DNA of 64,000 nucleotides from the human T2T-CHM13v2.0 reference genome, Homo sapiens. Positions 1-14,990 of the stretch are shown here, piece by piece; position 1 is the first letter of the stretch; each line of letters opens with the position of its first letter. The stretch lies in NCBI RefSeq assembly GCF_009914755.1, contig NC_060944.1; one strand, 5' to 3'. A model generated the notes under the pieces. It was not told the origin of the DNA. It made no database searches and was given only the letters and a program-made list of their open reading frames with translations. The position numbers and the translations under genes were made by a program.

Positions 1-253
1 AATGTACTTTCAGTCTCTGTAGATTTCCCTATTCTGGACTTTCATATGAATGGCATCATATAATAAGAGACCTACTGTGACTAGCTTCTTTCATTGAGCA
101 TAGTGTTTTCAAAGTTCATCCATGTTGTAGCATTTATCAGTACTTCATTCCTTTTCAAGGCTGACTAATATTCCATTGTATGGATATATCACACTTTGTT
201 TATCCGTTCTTCTATTGGTGAACATTTGTGTTGTTTTCACCTTTTGGATATTA
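1..253 (-). mobile_element. Old L1 (L1MB/MC/ME-type) 3' region fragment
   Basis: Characteristic antisense L1M text (ttcatccatgttgtagcatttatcagtacttcattcctttt; tattccattgtatggatatatcacactttgtttatcc). Confidence 0.8.
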
Positions 254-1076
254 CTATTCTCTCTTTCCTCTCATTCTCTAGACATCTTGGATAGTATCCA
301 GTGAGGCCTGTGGGCAAGAATGGGTGTTTCTTATATTTGGGAACACCTAATATCCATGAAAGCACGGTCTTGGCACATGTCTGCTTTCATATTAAGTACA
401 TGTACTAGCTGGAATTTTCCTACCTCTATTGTTACTGAGGTGGGGCTGCTCCCTCCTTTATCAATTCTCCCTTTTTATCACGATTGCTATGTTGGAAACT
501 TGCTGACTCTTCAGACTAGGGGATTCAGATCCTTCTCTTGGGGCTTCAGAGACATGGAGTGGATGAATGAATGTCTTCCCATGAGGGAAGAGTTCCCTGA
601 GTCTGGTCTCAAGTGATTCTCCAGTGCCTCACAGTGGAAGGAAGGTCTGTGAAGACTCCAGGGTCGAGGGAAAGTTATGTTCTTGGATGTATGACTGAGC
701 CCAGAATCCAGGCCTCCAGTTTCCATCTCCTTGCCTGGACCATTTCAGTCTTCAGACATGCTTTGAGGTCAATCCAGTCACTCACCCAGCAACAGACACT
801 GCCTCTGCCCTCATGGACCTTGCAGTTCTAGTGGTGAGAGTAAGATGAATACAAGTGAACAAAATGATGGCAAGTTGTTCCAGCTTGTTCAAACTTCTAA
901 ACACTGTTCAATGAATGAATGAACCAACAAGAACTTAGTATGTGCTCTGGAAAAAAAATGTGAAAAAAGTCAGAGTTGTAAATCACTTTCTGCTACCACT
1001 ACCTTTCCTAGTCTGGAAGTCAGCATTACTTCTCCATCCCTTGGAGGAGATAGTGGGCAGATATTACAAAATGTTA

Positions 1077-1250
1077 GCTAATAAGAGCTACCATTTATTG
1101 GACCAGACATACACCAAGGAGTTTCTATAGTTCATTAATTTTCACCCTTTGAATTAGGCATCAATATTTCCATTTTGAAGATGAGAAAAACCAAAACTCA
1201 TGGTTTAAGTAGCTATCTGAAATCACACCCATAGCAGTAAGTGGCAGAAC
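1077..1250 (-). mobile_element. MIR SINE
   Basis: Reverse-complement MIR core (tccattttgaagatgagaaaa...cagtaagtggcaga). Confidence 0.7.
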
Positions 1251-1273
1251 ATTTGCTCTGGACACTGGGATAA

Positions 1274-1636
<363 letters not shown>

Positions 1637-2257
1637 ATGTATGTGTTTTTATTCCTAACACTTCATAACAAATGCCAATATCTCTTCCTGCAGCCTTACA
1701 GAGGGAGCTGATCAGTTTCCCCTCCTGCCCAAAGGCAAAGCAGCCACAGTGGAAGTGCCAGAGTCCTCCCTCACAGCCTTCTGTCTAGTGGTTATTCCCG
1801 CTTCAAGGCTAAGGAAGGGAAGGACCCGTTTTGCTTTCAAAGGCTTTTTCCTTCCAGCCCTTGCTGTGCACCCGTTGTGTGTGGGAGGGACCATGAGAGG
1901 CCTGGATATTGTCAATAAAAGACTTGAACAAGCCAAAGAGCTGATGATGTTGACCAGAAGGGGACCTTAACAAGGCAGATAATCAAAAGTTGATGACTGA
2001 CAGCCCCTTTCGCATCCCTTCACCCTCTACTAAATCAGGTCTCTTACATGATCTTGATGACAAATAATAAAAATTATAAACACATTACAGTTTTCACATG
2101 CATTTGTTCACTTCTCACAGCAAATATGAGAGGTATCTAAGGCTGAGCAGTTTATTACAGAAAAAAGTTTATGGGACTAGAACCTTAATTTTATGTAACA
2201 AAATTTATATAGAGCTTACCATGGATCATGTACTCTACTAAATAGTTCAAAACTTTC

Positions 2258-2691
<434 letters not shown>

Positions 2692-2704
2692 GTATCTCAT
2701 AACT

Positions 2705-2876
2705 ATTAACTCATCTACTTTTTCACCACCATGTGAAGTAGGCATTACTGTTATTCACATTTTTTAAGATGCAGAAACTGAGGCATGGTAATCAAGTATC
2801 TTGCCCAAGGTTGTACAGCCAACAGGTGGTAGAACAGGGATCCTGAGCCCAGCCCCAGCATCTGTGTCTAACCACT
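2705..2876 (-). mobile_element. MIR SINE
   Basis: gatgcagaaactgaggca...cttgcccaagg is the antisense MIR core. Confidence 0.75.
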
Positions 2877-3454
2877 TCACCAGGTGGGCTTTGCATGGGG
2901 ACTACACTTGAAACTATAGTTTGTTAGTCTGGGGCCCCTGCTTCCGCCTGCCTCCCTCAGTCTTTATGGCCCACTGGAAAAAGCAAGCCAGAGCTGTGGC
3001 TTCCAGGGTGATGATCCTTCAGCTGCCTCCTTGGCACTGTCATTCCCTCCTCCCATCTCCCGCCAAGGGCTACAGCCGAGAATACCACAGACGGTTTGCC
3101 ATGGATCAAGATTTCTCTCAAGAAAGAGCTCACAGAAAGGCTGCTGTGAGAAAGGAAGTCACTTGCTACTCCCCTTATTCCTCCATCAGGAGGAGCCTGA
3201 TGAGGTCACTGCACATTTGAGTGGGTGCTATCAAAGCACAGCCTCTGGCCAGCGTGGAGACAAACGTGGGCTGTGTGGCCCATGACTGAGTGGCTGAAAG
3301 GAAACCTGAGGTGGTAGATGATGGAACTGATTGAAATAAAACTTCTGTAGGAATGCTGCATGTCATTCATTCAACAGTGCTCCCTGACCAGGGCCCAGGG
3401 CTGTGCATATGAGCTGCAAATGGGTTTGTTCCTTCGTTTATATATCTATTTGCT

Positions 3455-3570
3455 TATTTATTCAATAAATTCTGATTATGCCCCTAAGAGGCACTGTGCT
3501 AGATGTCAAGGATGAACAAGACAAAATCCCTTCCCCACAGGGGCTCCCGGTCTAGAGAGGGGAGGAGGAA
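3455..3570 (-). mobile_element. L2 3' end fragment
   Basis: ttattcaataaat...ggcactgtgctag...gatgaacaagacaaaatccct resembles the antisense L2 3' end. Confidence 0.6.
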
Positions 3571-3910
3571 GGAAGATGCACAGTGATTTGTATCATATGC
3601 TGAGGAAAGAGAGTCATTTACTATCGCCGTTTGACATCCTCACCCCCAGTGCGGTCCTTCTCTTTGTCTCTCCATGCTGGGAGTGGGCAGTCCCTGCCCT
3701 GCTGCCCTTCAGACACAGCCCTCTTCCCTCAAGCTGCCCTCTGCCTGGATCCCACCTTCCTTGTGAGCTGGAGTATTTGCGTTGAAGGACTCTTGACTCT
3801 CCTTCCCTGTCAGTCACTGTTTGGCTGCAGGCAGTGACAGAGGTGGCAATAAAGCAGCAGAGAGAAGGCTTTGGTATCAGAGCAGGGACTCGCGGGTGGA
3901 ATGGGACGGG

Positions 3911-4339
3911 GATGGTTTTCTGTTTGCCTCACTGTGTTCTCTGTGCTGCTCTGCCCAGGGAGGCTGACCTCTGCAGACTGTGTCACCTGGGCCCCCTGAT
4001 CTCTCGGCCAATAGAGGTCCCAGCTGAGAACGGGGAGAGAGGAGTCAGGGTATTTGTTTCCCCCATTCCCTGTCAGCCCCCCTTTTTGCCTGCCTGAAGC
4101 TCTGGTGGTGGTTGTGGTTCCTCCATGGTCACAGCTTTGCTGAGTGGCCTCTCTCCTGTGTCCTGTGAGCACAGTTGGCATCGGGCTTTGGTAGAGATAT
4201 TTCTATCCTGGTGCCACACTAGCCCTTATTAGTTTTCTTCATCTGGTCTATGCCTTTAGAAACTGTCACATCACTAAACCCTTCAGTGAAACACTTTCGA
4301 ATGTGTCATTTATTCTCTGTTGCCACCCTGACTGGCTCA
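3911..4339 (+). mobile_element. LTR33-family (ERVL) solo LTR
   Basis: ctgctctgcccagggaggctgacctctgcagactg...ggccaatagagg...gagtcagggtatttgtttcccc...accctgactg matches the recalled LTR33 layout. Confidence 0.65.
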
Positions 4340-4604
4340 CCTGGGTGCAGAGGAGGTGGGGACAGAGCAGGTTGGGGCTCCAGTTCAGCTTTATTATCCC
4401 TCTTTTTCAGGGTTTCCCAGAGGAAGAGAGAGAATTTGGACAAATGAATGAGGAACAACGCTCTCCTGAGGGTTTTCTTTAAGGGGCAAGGATCAATGCC
4501 TCTAGATCCTTTGAAAGCAGAGTTAAGAGGCAGTGCAGGAAGGCACAGCAGGAAGGTTCATGGTTAGACTACAGAGAAGGAAGCAGCCACTGCTGGGGAC
4601 CTAC

Positions 4605-4720
4605 CCTGTGCTGGTCACTGACAAGCTGTCTCATTAAACCTTCCCGGACCCTCAACCCCTCCTAGTATCTTATCCTCATTTTACAGATGAGAAGACTGCG
4701 GCCCAAAGAGGTAAAGATCT
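4605..4720 (-). mobile_element. MIR fragment
   Basis: tatcctcattttacagatgagaagactgcggccc core. Confidence 0.7.
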
Positions 4721-4842
4721 GGGGAGCAGGATGGGAGCTTCACTTTGTCTCAGTTGCTCTGGCAAAGAGAAGCCTCACCTTGTGATCAAGGGATTGGGAG
4801 GGTGACAGATAAATCTTGGCTTAAGTGTCAGCATAACACTGG

Positions 4843-5051
4843 GAATCTGGAGCTAGACGGCACTGGCTTGACTCCTTGGATCTGCCTCTTACTAGCTGTG
4901 TGATACTGGGCATGCCTCTGTTTCCCCATCTATAAAAATGGGGCTAATGATAATAACACCTGCCTTACAGGTTGTGTAGAAGGTTGAATTTGTAGTTATG
5001 AGGTGCCCAGGAACAGTGCTAGCACACAGTGAGCGCCATACACAAGTGTTA
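4843..5051 (+). mobile_element. MIR SINE
   Basis: cttactagctgtgtga...tgtttccccatctataaaaatgggg...gaacagtgctagcacacagtgagcgc. Confidence 0.85.
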
Positions 5052-7119
5052 AAGAATGGAGCCTCCTGCTCTCTCCTTATTTTCCACCCCCTGCCCTCTT
5101 ATCATTGCCCACTTCCCCTGCCTTCTCCTCGCCATCCTGAAAAAGGGTGAAGAGCCACCCAGAAACCCCTGAACAGGCATGTTGGTCCCAGGCCCTTTGT
5201 GAGCATGCTTTTCCCTGCCCTGCCCCCTGTCATCACCATTCTGGATGGAGCAGCAAGGACGGAGACACTTATTTGGGTTATCCACTCCAGGTCCAATGCC
5301 AGTGGGATCAGCTTCGATGGGATGCGCACAGACTGACCTCTTCTCCCCAGCCCCTTCAACTTCCCAGAGCTGCAGGGGGCCTGGGAGTTCTTGGTAACAG
5401 CACATTAAACCTCTGTTTGTGGGAACTTTAATTTAAACATAAATTAGAAACGGCAAATGACTCTGGCAGCCAGATAAGCCATCCCGGGAGAACAAGGAGA
5501 AAGCCAAGAGAATCAGCCCAGATAAGGCCTGACTTTAAACTAATGGTGATACCCAGAAGCCTGGGACAGATGAAATCTAGGGGTCCTGAATGAAGAACCC
5601 CAGAAGCTCCACACCCCAGTTGTCCTTGCTCTGGGCTCTATGTCAGCTCCCTCTCCTGTGTTCTCTATATTTCTATCTTATTGCAAAATTTTATCCTGAT
5701 TCTTTGGCTCCATCCCTCCCACCCCCACCCTACTGTTTTAGAGAATGCACTTTCTTTACTTTGCTTCTCATCTTCTTCTGTGACCTACTATTCTGAGAAA
5801 GTTCTACTTGTTATCTAACCTCCATCTATGCTACTACCTTTAGAGTCTAATACATCCTGCTTAGTGGTAGCTCTGGGAGTTTCTGTTCATGTGGCAAATG
5901 TGGTGTAGTAAAAACAACCTGAAAAAGACCTGGGTGAACTCTGCATCTCAGTTTCCTCATCTGTATGATGATGAGCGTGTGAGAAAGAATCTCTAAGGAC
6001 TTGTAAACTCTGACTTCTCACAGAGAATCTGAGGACAAGGACATCCAAGGAAATCTCTATTGTTCTGGAACCCATGAATTTTCCACTGTTCTACTGTTTG
6101 GGAGTGAGCGTGGGGAGAGCAGTCAAGCCTGTTGATTCTTTTCTGGGAGGGGTCTACAGGCTTTTCTTCCACCCTTCCACCCACAACCCAGGCTCAGTCC
6201 AGGCCCAGGCCCAGGAGAGAGGCTGCCTTTCCAGTTCTGTCAAGGCCTGCTGAGCCCAGCTCTGTGGGGCTGTGGCTGCTAAGATGTTGTCTCTGTCCTC
6301 TGGGGTAGGAGAAACATATGTTCCCTCTGTCACAGCACCTGTGAGGGTGGCAGAGGGATGGCAACCCCCAAGAGGGCAGAGTTCCATCTCTCCAACTGAC
6401 CTCAAAGCATCTTTTTATCCTGCTTTTCTGGGAGGCTTAAAGTGAAGGCAGAGGGAGATATCACACAGTCCCAAAGCCCCCACTAAATGGGGAGCTACTG
6501 TCTTTCATCTTTCATGCAGGGTGAAAGAAGACACCTCGGCTACAGCAAGAGGAAAGAAGGTCAAACCACAGGCAGAACTTTCAGGTTGAATGTTAGAGCA
6601 GACTGTGATCCCAAGAGGTCATCCAAGAGCCTTGGTCTCAGAGGATGCCTATGAGACCCTGGTCCCTGGCTGGGGTGGGAACAATAATCCCAACAGCCCC
6701 ATGCCAGACTGACTTGGGAGTCAGACGGTCCCTGGGACTAGAATAGAAGGACTTTGGCATTTTCCCTCGCCTAGGGCCCTTAGACAGAAGTGGGCAGCTG
6801 CCATCAGAAGCCTGGGGCCCAGCTGTGTCTCCACCTTCCCCACCTCCCCCCTCCTGAGTGCCTGGCTGCCCCTGGTGCCCCAGGCTTGCCTGCCATCTGG
6901 GCAGCTCAGAGGAGAGCCCACTGCCAAGGGAGTGCCAGCATTGATTTATGGCCCACAACCTTGGCAGGCTCAGGCTGTGTGCCCGAACCACCTTTGCTCA
7001 GGGAAGAGATGCTCCTCTTAAATGAACAGTGCAGAGGAATGCAGGAATGTCCAGGACGAAAGCTTAGCAGGGGGCTGGCAAGGAAGACCTCCACCCATCA
7101 CACTCTGGGTGACTGTCAC

Positions 7120-7370
7120 TCCCTAGGGAAACTTCTCCCTAGGGAACCACCCATCATACCTGTTATCATACCCTATCCTTTGTAGACTTGGCCCAACTGT
7201 AACATATTAATATGTTTACTGTCAGTCTCTCCCACTGGACAGTAATCTCTAGGAGGGTAGGAACCAGACCCATTTGCTCATTCCTGAATATTCAGCACCC
7301 AGCACAGTGCCTGGCGCCTAATAAGATCTCAGTAAGAATTTGTCAAGTGTAGGAAAGAATGAATAAATGA
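7120..7370 (+). mobile_element. L2 3' end
   Basis: tctctcccactggac...cagcacccagcacagtgcctggc...gaatgaataaatgaa tail. Confidence 0.75.
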
Positions 7371-7680
7371 AGGTCCTTGTCCATGAGGTGGAGGGAAGCC
7401 CACGTGTCTTCTTAGTGCCTGCCATGCTTTCCGAGACTCTGCAGCATCTGCTGCTACCCCCAGGATCTCTCCCTCCGGGACCCTTCCTCACCCCTGTCAT
7501 ATCAACCCAGGACCAATGGGGCCAATCTTATCTGGATACCCTTGCCTCCCCACTTGCCTTGAGTCACCTTTCTTAAGTCCTTCACACAATGTTCTTTTCC
7601 TCCCATTTTCCTTCCTCCAAGATACTTTCTCAGATTACCTGTGGCCTCAGTCCTGGATTCAGATACTCTTTCAGATAATC

Positions 7681-8967
<1,287 letters not shown>

Positions 8968-9705
8968 TTTCAGGAAATACCTCACAGGAGGAATGGAGTG
9001 TGAGGACATCGGAGGATGTGAGGTGGGTGGGGTTGGGGGGTTGGTTGCTGAAGAGTGGATTTGAATCAGAGATGGGGGTCTGAGTGTGTATATGTGCCTC
9101 TCTGTGTGTGTTCCTCCAGCCCTAATGACTGTGGGCTATCTGAGGATGTGCATCTCCAAGCGCTTTTCCTTCCATGGGTGTGGAGTACCAGGGGATACTG
9201 TACATCTTTATCCCACTGTGGCAATGCTCCCACTTCCACCTACAACTGTGAGTCAAACAGAATCTGCCAACTTCTGGGTAGTGGGAGCATCTCGGAAGCA
9301 AGGCAAGGCAAGGAGATCCCTTGTTCCTGACCTCCGGCAATTCATTTATTTGACTCCAGTCTCATAAAGGCATCATGATGAGCCCAATCGCTTGCTAATG
9401 GTTATGAGCTGAGACCTGGGGATTTATGGCTGAGGCCTCCGTGGCCATGAATAGGAGTAGGGCTGCGCACAGGAGGCCAGGCTGTGCATGGCTTCAGTTC
9501 ATGGAGGCCTGTACCCAGAACCACGGGGGGACTACCACATCCCCACCTCCAAATCTGGGGCAAAGAACATTGCCCTGGGTGGGGGAAGCTGGGCTAAGGA
9601 GAAAAAAGACCTCTGGCTGGAGATGTCCAGGGATGAAGGGTGAGTGTCTGGGAAACTGGCCTGACTTGGCTGGGTGGGGTGTAGGGGGAGATACTGGAGA
9701 AGTGA

Positions 9706-10180
<475 letters not shown>

Positions 10181-10267
10181 AATACCAATTGTATATATTT
10201 AAGTGGGTCAAGAGATTGGGATTCTAATTCCAGCTCCACCACTAACTTGCTGGGATTCTAGCACTAG

Positions 10268-10590
<323 letters not shown>

Positions 10591-11062
10591 ACCAATGGCT
10601 TTGTGACCTGGGGCACATCACAGACCCTTTCTAAGTCTTAGTTGCCTCATAGATACTAAGAGGGGACACAGTGTTCTTTTGGTTGCCTCCAGCTCTGATG
10701 TTTTGTGGTTCTAACAAGGAGTCCTTGTTTGGAAATGGAACTTTGGAATGGTTTGGATCTCATTCTGGCCATAGAGAGGGCATCATTGCAACTGTGGCTT
10801 CAGGGCCAATGTGCGGTTAAGGGGGGCTGAGTCAGAACAGCCCCCTCTTCCTCGATAGTGCCATCCTGTGAGTATAACCCCTGTATGGGTGTTGGACACA
10901 GTGTTGGGGAAGACTGTGCAAAAGGGGTAAGTAGGAAAGACCCTGTGGTAGGGGGTTAGCTGGGTATCCATGGCAATGCCTGAACTACTCATGCCTTTTG
11001 CACAAGTAGGTCTTCAAATAATCTCTTCTGCTTCCCTCTTTCCCAATCTTTCCCTGTCTAAG

Positions 11063-11077
11063 GTGTGTGGTGGTGGT

Positions 11078-11116
<39 letters not shown>
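11063..11116. repeat. (GGT)n(GT)n microsatellite
   Basis: About 19 GT units at 11079-11116, preceded by GGT units. Confidence 0.95.
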
Positions 11117-11117
<1 letters not shown>

Positions 11118-11397
11118 TAACCTGATTGGGAGAGTAAGCCAAATGGAGTGAAGTGGGGAAACATCCCCAAAAGTCCCAGGTAGAGACCTAAGGATTCCTA
11201 AATCACAGTGCAGAACAGGGTCCTCTACCCTTTTCCAATTCTGGGAACATCCTGAAGCCAGTCATTGTGGGAGAGAGACATCCCCAACCCAGCCTCACAG
11301 ACCCCACCCCTCTTCCATGCTTTGCCCTACCCTCCTTCCGTGTGCTTGTATCCTAACCTTAAGCCCTAGAGACTTCTAGGTTCCCAGAGAGCAGCCT

Positions 11398-11630
11398 ATT
11401 CAGTGATGTTTACTGAGCGCATGTTATGTGCCTTGCACTGGGCCTGGAGCAAGGGCTAAGGAGTGAAATTAGACCTGATCCCTGTCCTGAAGATGTCACA
11501 GCTGAGTAGGCAGAAAGACTTTAAACAAATAATGGCAACACGATGTGCTAAGGAACATCAATGTACAAGATAACAGGTAGTCTGTATTTATGGGAGAGGG
11601 AGGCGTAAAAGAAGATGCTTCAGCTGCTTT
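11398..11630 (-). mobile_element. L2 3' end fragment
   Basis: tgtttactgagcgcatgttatgtgcc...gacctgatccctgtcctgaag. Confidence 0.6.
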
Positions 11631-12042
11631 CTAAACATGTTTGTTGTGGAACATTAAAAACATATCAAAACAGAGCAGTATAGTGTCCTCATCATGCAGC
11701 TGCAACAATAGTCACACCAGGATCTTGGCGTGTCTATACTCCCACCCACGTTCCATACCCCACTGCACCATTACTTGGGGTGGAACTGGGTTGGTTTTGA
11801 AAGAGGAACAGCAATTCCCCAAGTAGAAAGTGCTGGAGGGAAAAGTTTGCAGGCAGAGGGGATGCTGTGCTCAGAAGCTTGAGCAGTGCCTGATGCTGGT
11901 GCACCAAACCGAAGCTGAAGGAGTGGGACAAGATGCTTTGGCCCCCGTGCATGCTGGCCCTAATGCATCTGTCACACAGCTTGCCTTGTGGCTCCTTTTG
12001 GAACTCGGGTCTCCAGGCAAGTCTTCAGCAGAGCCAGGTTAG

Positions 12043-13085
12043 CGCAGAGCCAGCCCTTTGAGTGCAGGGAGTGAGGAGGCACCGCTAAGATGGCGGGCCT
12101 TGGCTGGGCGTCCGCGGGGCCTTGGAGGGCCTGAGCGCTAGGGACTGGCACGCACCAGCACTGACGGGTGCAGTCAGGCCCTCCACCCCGCGTCAGCACG
12201 CGGTCTTAAATATTACCCCGGAGTTTTCAATTATCTCTCCTTAATGGATTTGCAAGGGCTCTTTCATCAAGCGCGGGGTGGCTGGGTGTGGGGGTGAGGG
12301 GAGCACGCGGCGAGGGCTGGAGCTGGGAAAATGGCCCATATTTCAATATTAAAGCCCTTTACCATCGTCAGCAGCATGAAAGATGCTGCAAATTAAACGG
12401 AGCCGCCCGCGCCAGCCTCTCCATCTCGCAAGTTTTAATTAACGCTGAGGGGGAGGCTGCTGACGGGCGGGTGGGAGCCGGGCCGGCGGCGAATCTGGGA
12501 GCCTGCGGATCCCGGATTCCGAACTGGAGCGTCAGGGATCTCACGGGCCAGGCCAGGCGGAGGCGGAGGGTGGTGGTCTCCGAGTCCCGGGTGAGGGCGC
12601 GGAAGATGCCCATGGAGATGGGCAAGGCTGAGGGGTGGGGGACAGGTTGGAAGGTCTCTGAGCATCTGACCGGGAAACAAAACTCTGCAACTGAATGCAG
12701 GAAGCTTTGTTCTTAAAGGTGAGGGGGCTTGTGGCCAAATCATCGAGCTCTTCATCCCCAGGCTCCTTCAGCGCGCGTCCTTCTGACTCTCTTCTTTAGA
12801 CCAACATTTCCCCCAAACGCTCCCCCGCGTTGATTACCGGTCCCCTCCCACCTCATCCTGTGGCCCCTTGTTTCGGGAGGCAGGCGTGCTTCTGTGACCC
12901 CGCGGCTCCTGTTCTGGGACGTCTGCTTTCTCCATCACTCCCTGGCTTCCCAGGCGGGCCCCATCCTCCGGAGCGGAGCGGAGCAGAGCGCCCAGAAGCG
13001 CCACTGTTCTGCCTTGGCAGGGCCTGGCCCGACAGCTTGTGCCTGCGCAGCAGACCCATCCGTCAGGCGGGAAGGATGGAGCGAT
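12043..13085. promoter_or_regulatory. CpG island (candidate promoter/enhancer)
   Basis: Sharp local rise of CpG and GC content in otherwise CpG-depleted DNA, not repeat-derived; GC boxes (gggcgg); plus-strand donor-like sites CGG|GTGAGG (12590/12591) and AAG|GTGAGG (12718/12719). Confidence 0.8.
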
Positions 13086-13934
13086 GTCCAGCTGCCCACT
13101 CTGAGGACTCCCCAGGGAGACACTTCTGCCTTGGCCCAGACTCCTCTCTTCCCTTCTCCCCACCCGCCAACCCTTCCCCCAACTACCAGCTCAGTATATA
13201 CTTCTGTCTCTCCTCCTTTCCTTGCTTCTCCTCCTCCCTCCCATACGCATGCAGCCTGGGGCCTGGGGCCCAGGAAAGCCACTCCTCTCATGGGTCACAC
13301 TGAGAAGTCCTTCCTCCACCTGCATCCACATGGCAGGGCATAACTCTAAAGCTTAAAAAGATCCAGCGATCTCAGTGGACCACAATCCAAAGCTAAGTCA
13401 GCCAACCAACACTCAAGGGCTTAAATCAAGGACTTTGGGCAAACCCTATAGAGTGGAGGAATTAGAAAAATAATACAAATAAAAGACATGGTCATTATTC
13501 CTGGGTATTTACAGATACTTTGTGCTTCCTGAAATGTTTTGCAGAAATCACATTCTCCTCTCATTGTGCTACACAGCTTGTAAGCACCAAGACAAGAAAT
13601 TCTATGATAAAGCAAAAAGAAAAGAAAAGAAAAAATCCTCTTCTACTTTCTTCTTGGTGTGAATTTTTTCTTGTCAATTTCTGATAATCTATCAAGCCTA
13701 CTTAAAATAGTGCCTGCTTATGCAGTATGGTTAGGATGATGAACACACACTTAAACAGGATAGGGAATAAGTACAAACTACAAGTGCTGTGGGGATGCAG
13801 AGTAATAGGACAAGTGGTGAAAATTAAAACATTTTTGGCTTAATCAAGGAGTACTTCCTGGAGGAGGGGAGACCTGATTTGGAAGGAGAGGTGATATAAA
13901 CTTGAAAAGAAAGTTCCAGATGTGGAAACACTGG

Positions 13935-14243
13935 TTTTATTCTTTATTTTTATTTTGAGACAGGATCGTACTCTGTCACCCAGGTTGGAGTGCAGTGGCA
14001 TGATCTTGGCTCACTGCAACCTCCACTTCCCAGGTTCAAATTATCCTCTGCCTCAGCCTCCTGAGTAGCTGGGACTACAGGCATGTGCCACCATACCCAG
14101 CTAATTATTTTGCTTTTTTTTGTAGAGATGGGGTTTTGCCATATTGCTTCAGCTGGTCTTGAACTCCTGGACTCAGGTGATTCCCCTGCTGCCTTGGCCT
14201 CCTAAAATGCTTGGATTATAGACGTGAGCCACCACACCTGGCT
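13935..14243 (-). mobile_element. Alu (Jb-like)
   Basis: Antisense dimer; TSD aacac(t/c)ggtt at 13927 and 14244. Confidence 0.93.
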
Positions 14244-14657
14244 AACACCGGTTCTAAAATTAGGCAGAATCTCTATTTTACTTCAGGTTGAGGAGCAGAT
14301 AATCTTGGCTATATTTTCCCTGGCAATACAATAAGACGAAAGAAGCCTTGTGCAATAGCAGGAAGAATTCAGGGTAGACAGTGGGGTCTTGGCTAATGCT
14401 GGAGACTAAAGTGAATGGAGAGAGACCCTGAAGCACCTTTCTCCCATACTTGGCTATGGGCTATGGGAGGGATGCCTGGACTCTGAGACTTGGCCACCAT
14501 GTTGTGTTTTGCCATTAGAAGATTTGGACATGAAGTTGAATAAGGCAGGAACGACCTCATAGCATCAACCACAACCCCCAATGTGGCTGGAGAAGGAGGG
14601 AGAGAGGGCAAAGAATATCTTCCTCTTACTCAGATTATAAGTGGAGAAACTGAAGTC

Positions 14658-14990
14658 CATTCACTCAAATCGGTAAGTGTCTACTGAGCACCTCCTATGT
14701 GGCAAGCACTATATAGGCCCTAAGGATCCAGAGATGATCAGGGCATGGTCCCTGTCAACATGGTGCTCACAGTCTAGTGGGAAATAGAGTTCACTTGTCA
14801 TTCTATCATTCAATCAAAAACAAAAAGTATTGAGCACTTACTCTGAGCCAGGCAGAGTTGCAGGTGCTGGAGATGCAACTGTGAACAAGACAGACTCAAT
14901 CCCTGCCCCATCAGAGAGTACCACCTGGTGCAGAAGATACATACATAAACAGGCAGCTATAATTCAGGGTGATGTATGCTATGAAGGCTA
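14658..14990 (-). mobile_element. Two adjacent L2 3' ends
   Basis: Two successive (cattca)...tgagcac(c/t)t(c/a)ct...gagatg/gtgaacaagacagac motifs starting near 14658 and 14798. Confidence 0.7.

Noticed and set aside
2921-3285. 99-aa and 84-aa ORFs in unique DNA
   Set aside because: Non-ATG starts, no recognised homology and no supporting gene structure.
5049-5431. Exon-like, CpG-containing unique segment with ORFs on both strands
   Set aside because: No recognisable protein similarity or paired splice sites; cannot be supported without a search.
12288-13343. Several 100-157 aa ORFs over the CpG island
   Set aside because: They overlap on both strands, often lack ATG starts, are low-complexity (Pro/Arg/Gly/Ala) and show no recognisable domain; expected in GC-rich DNA.
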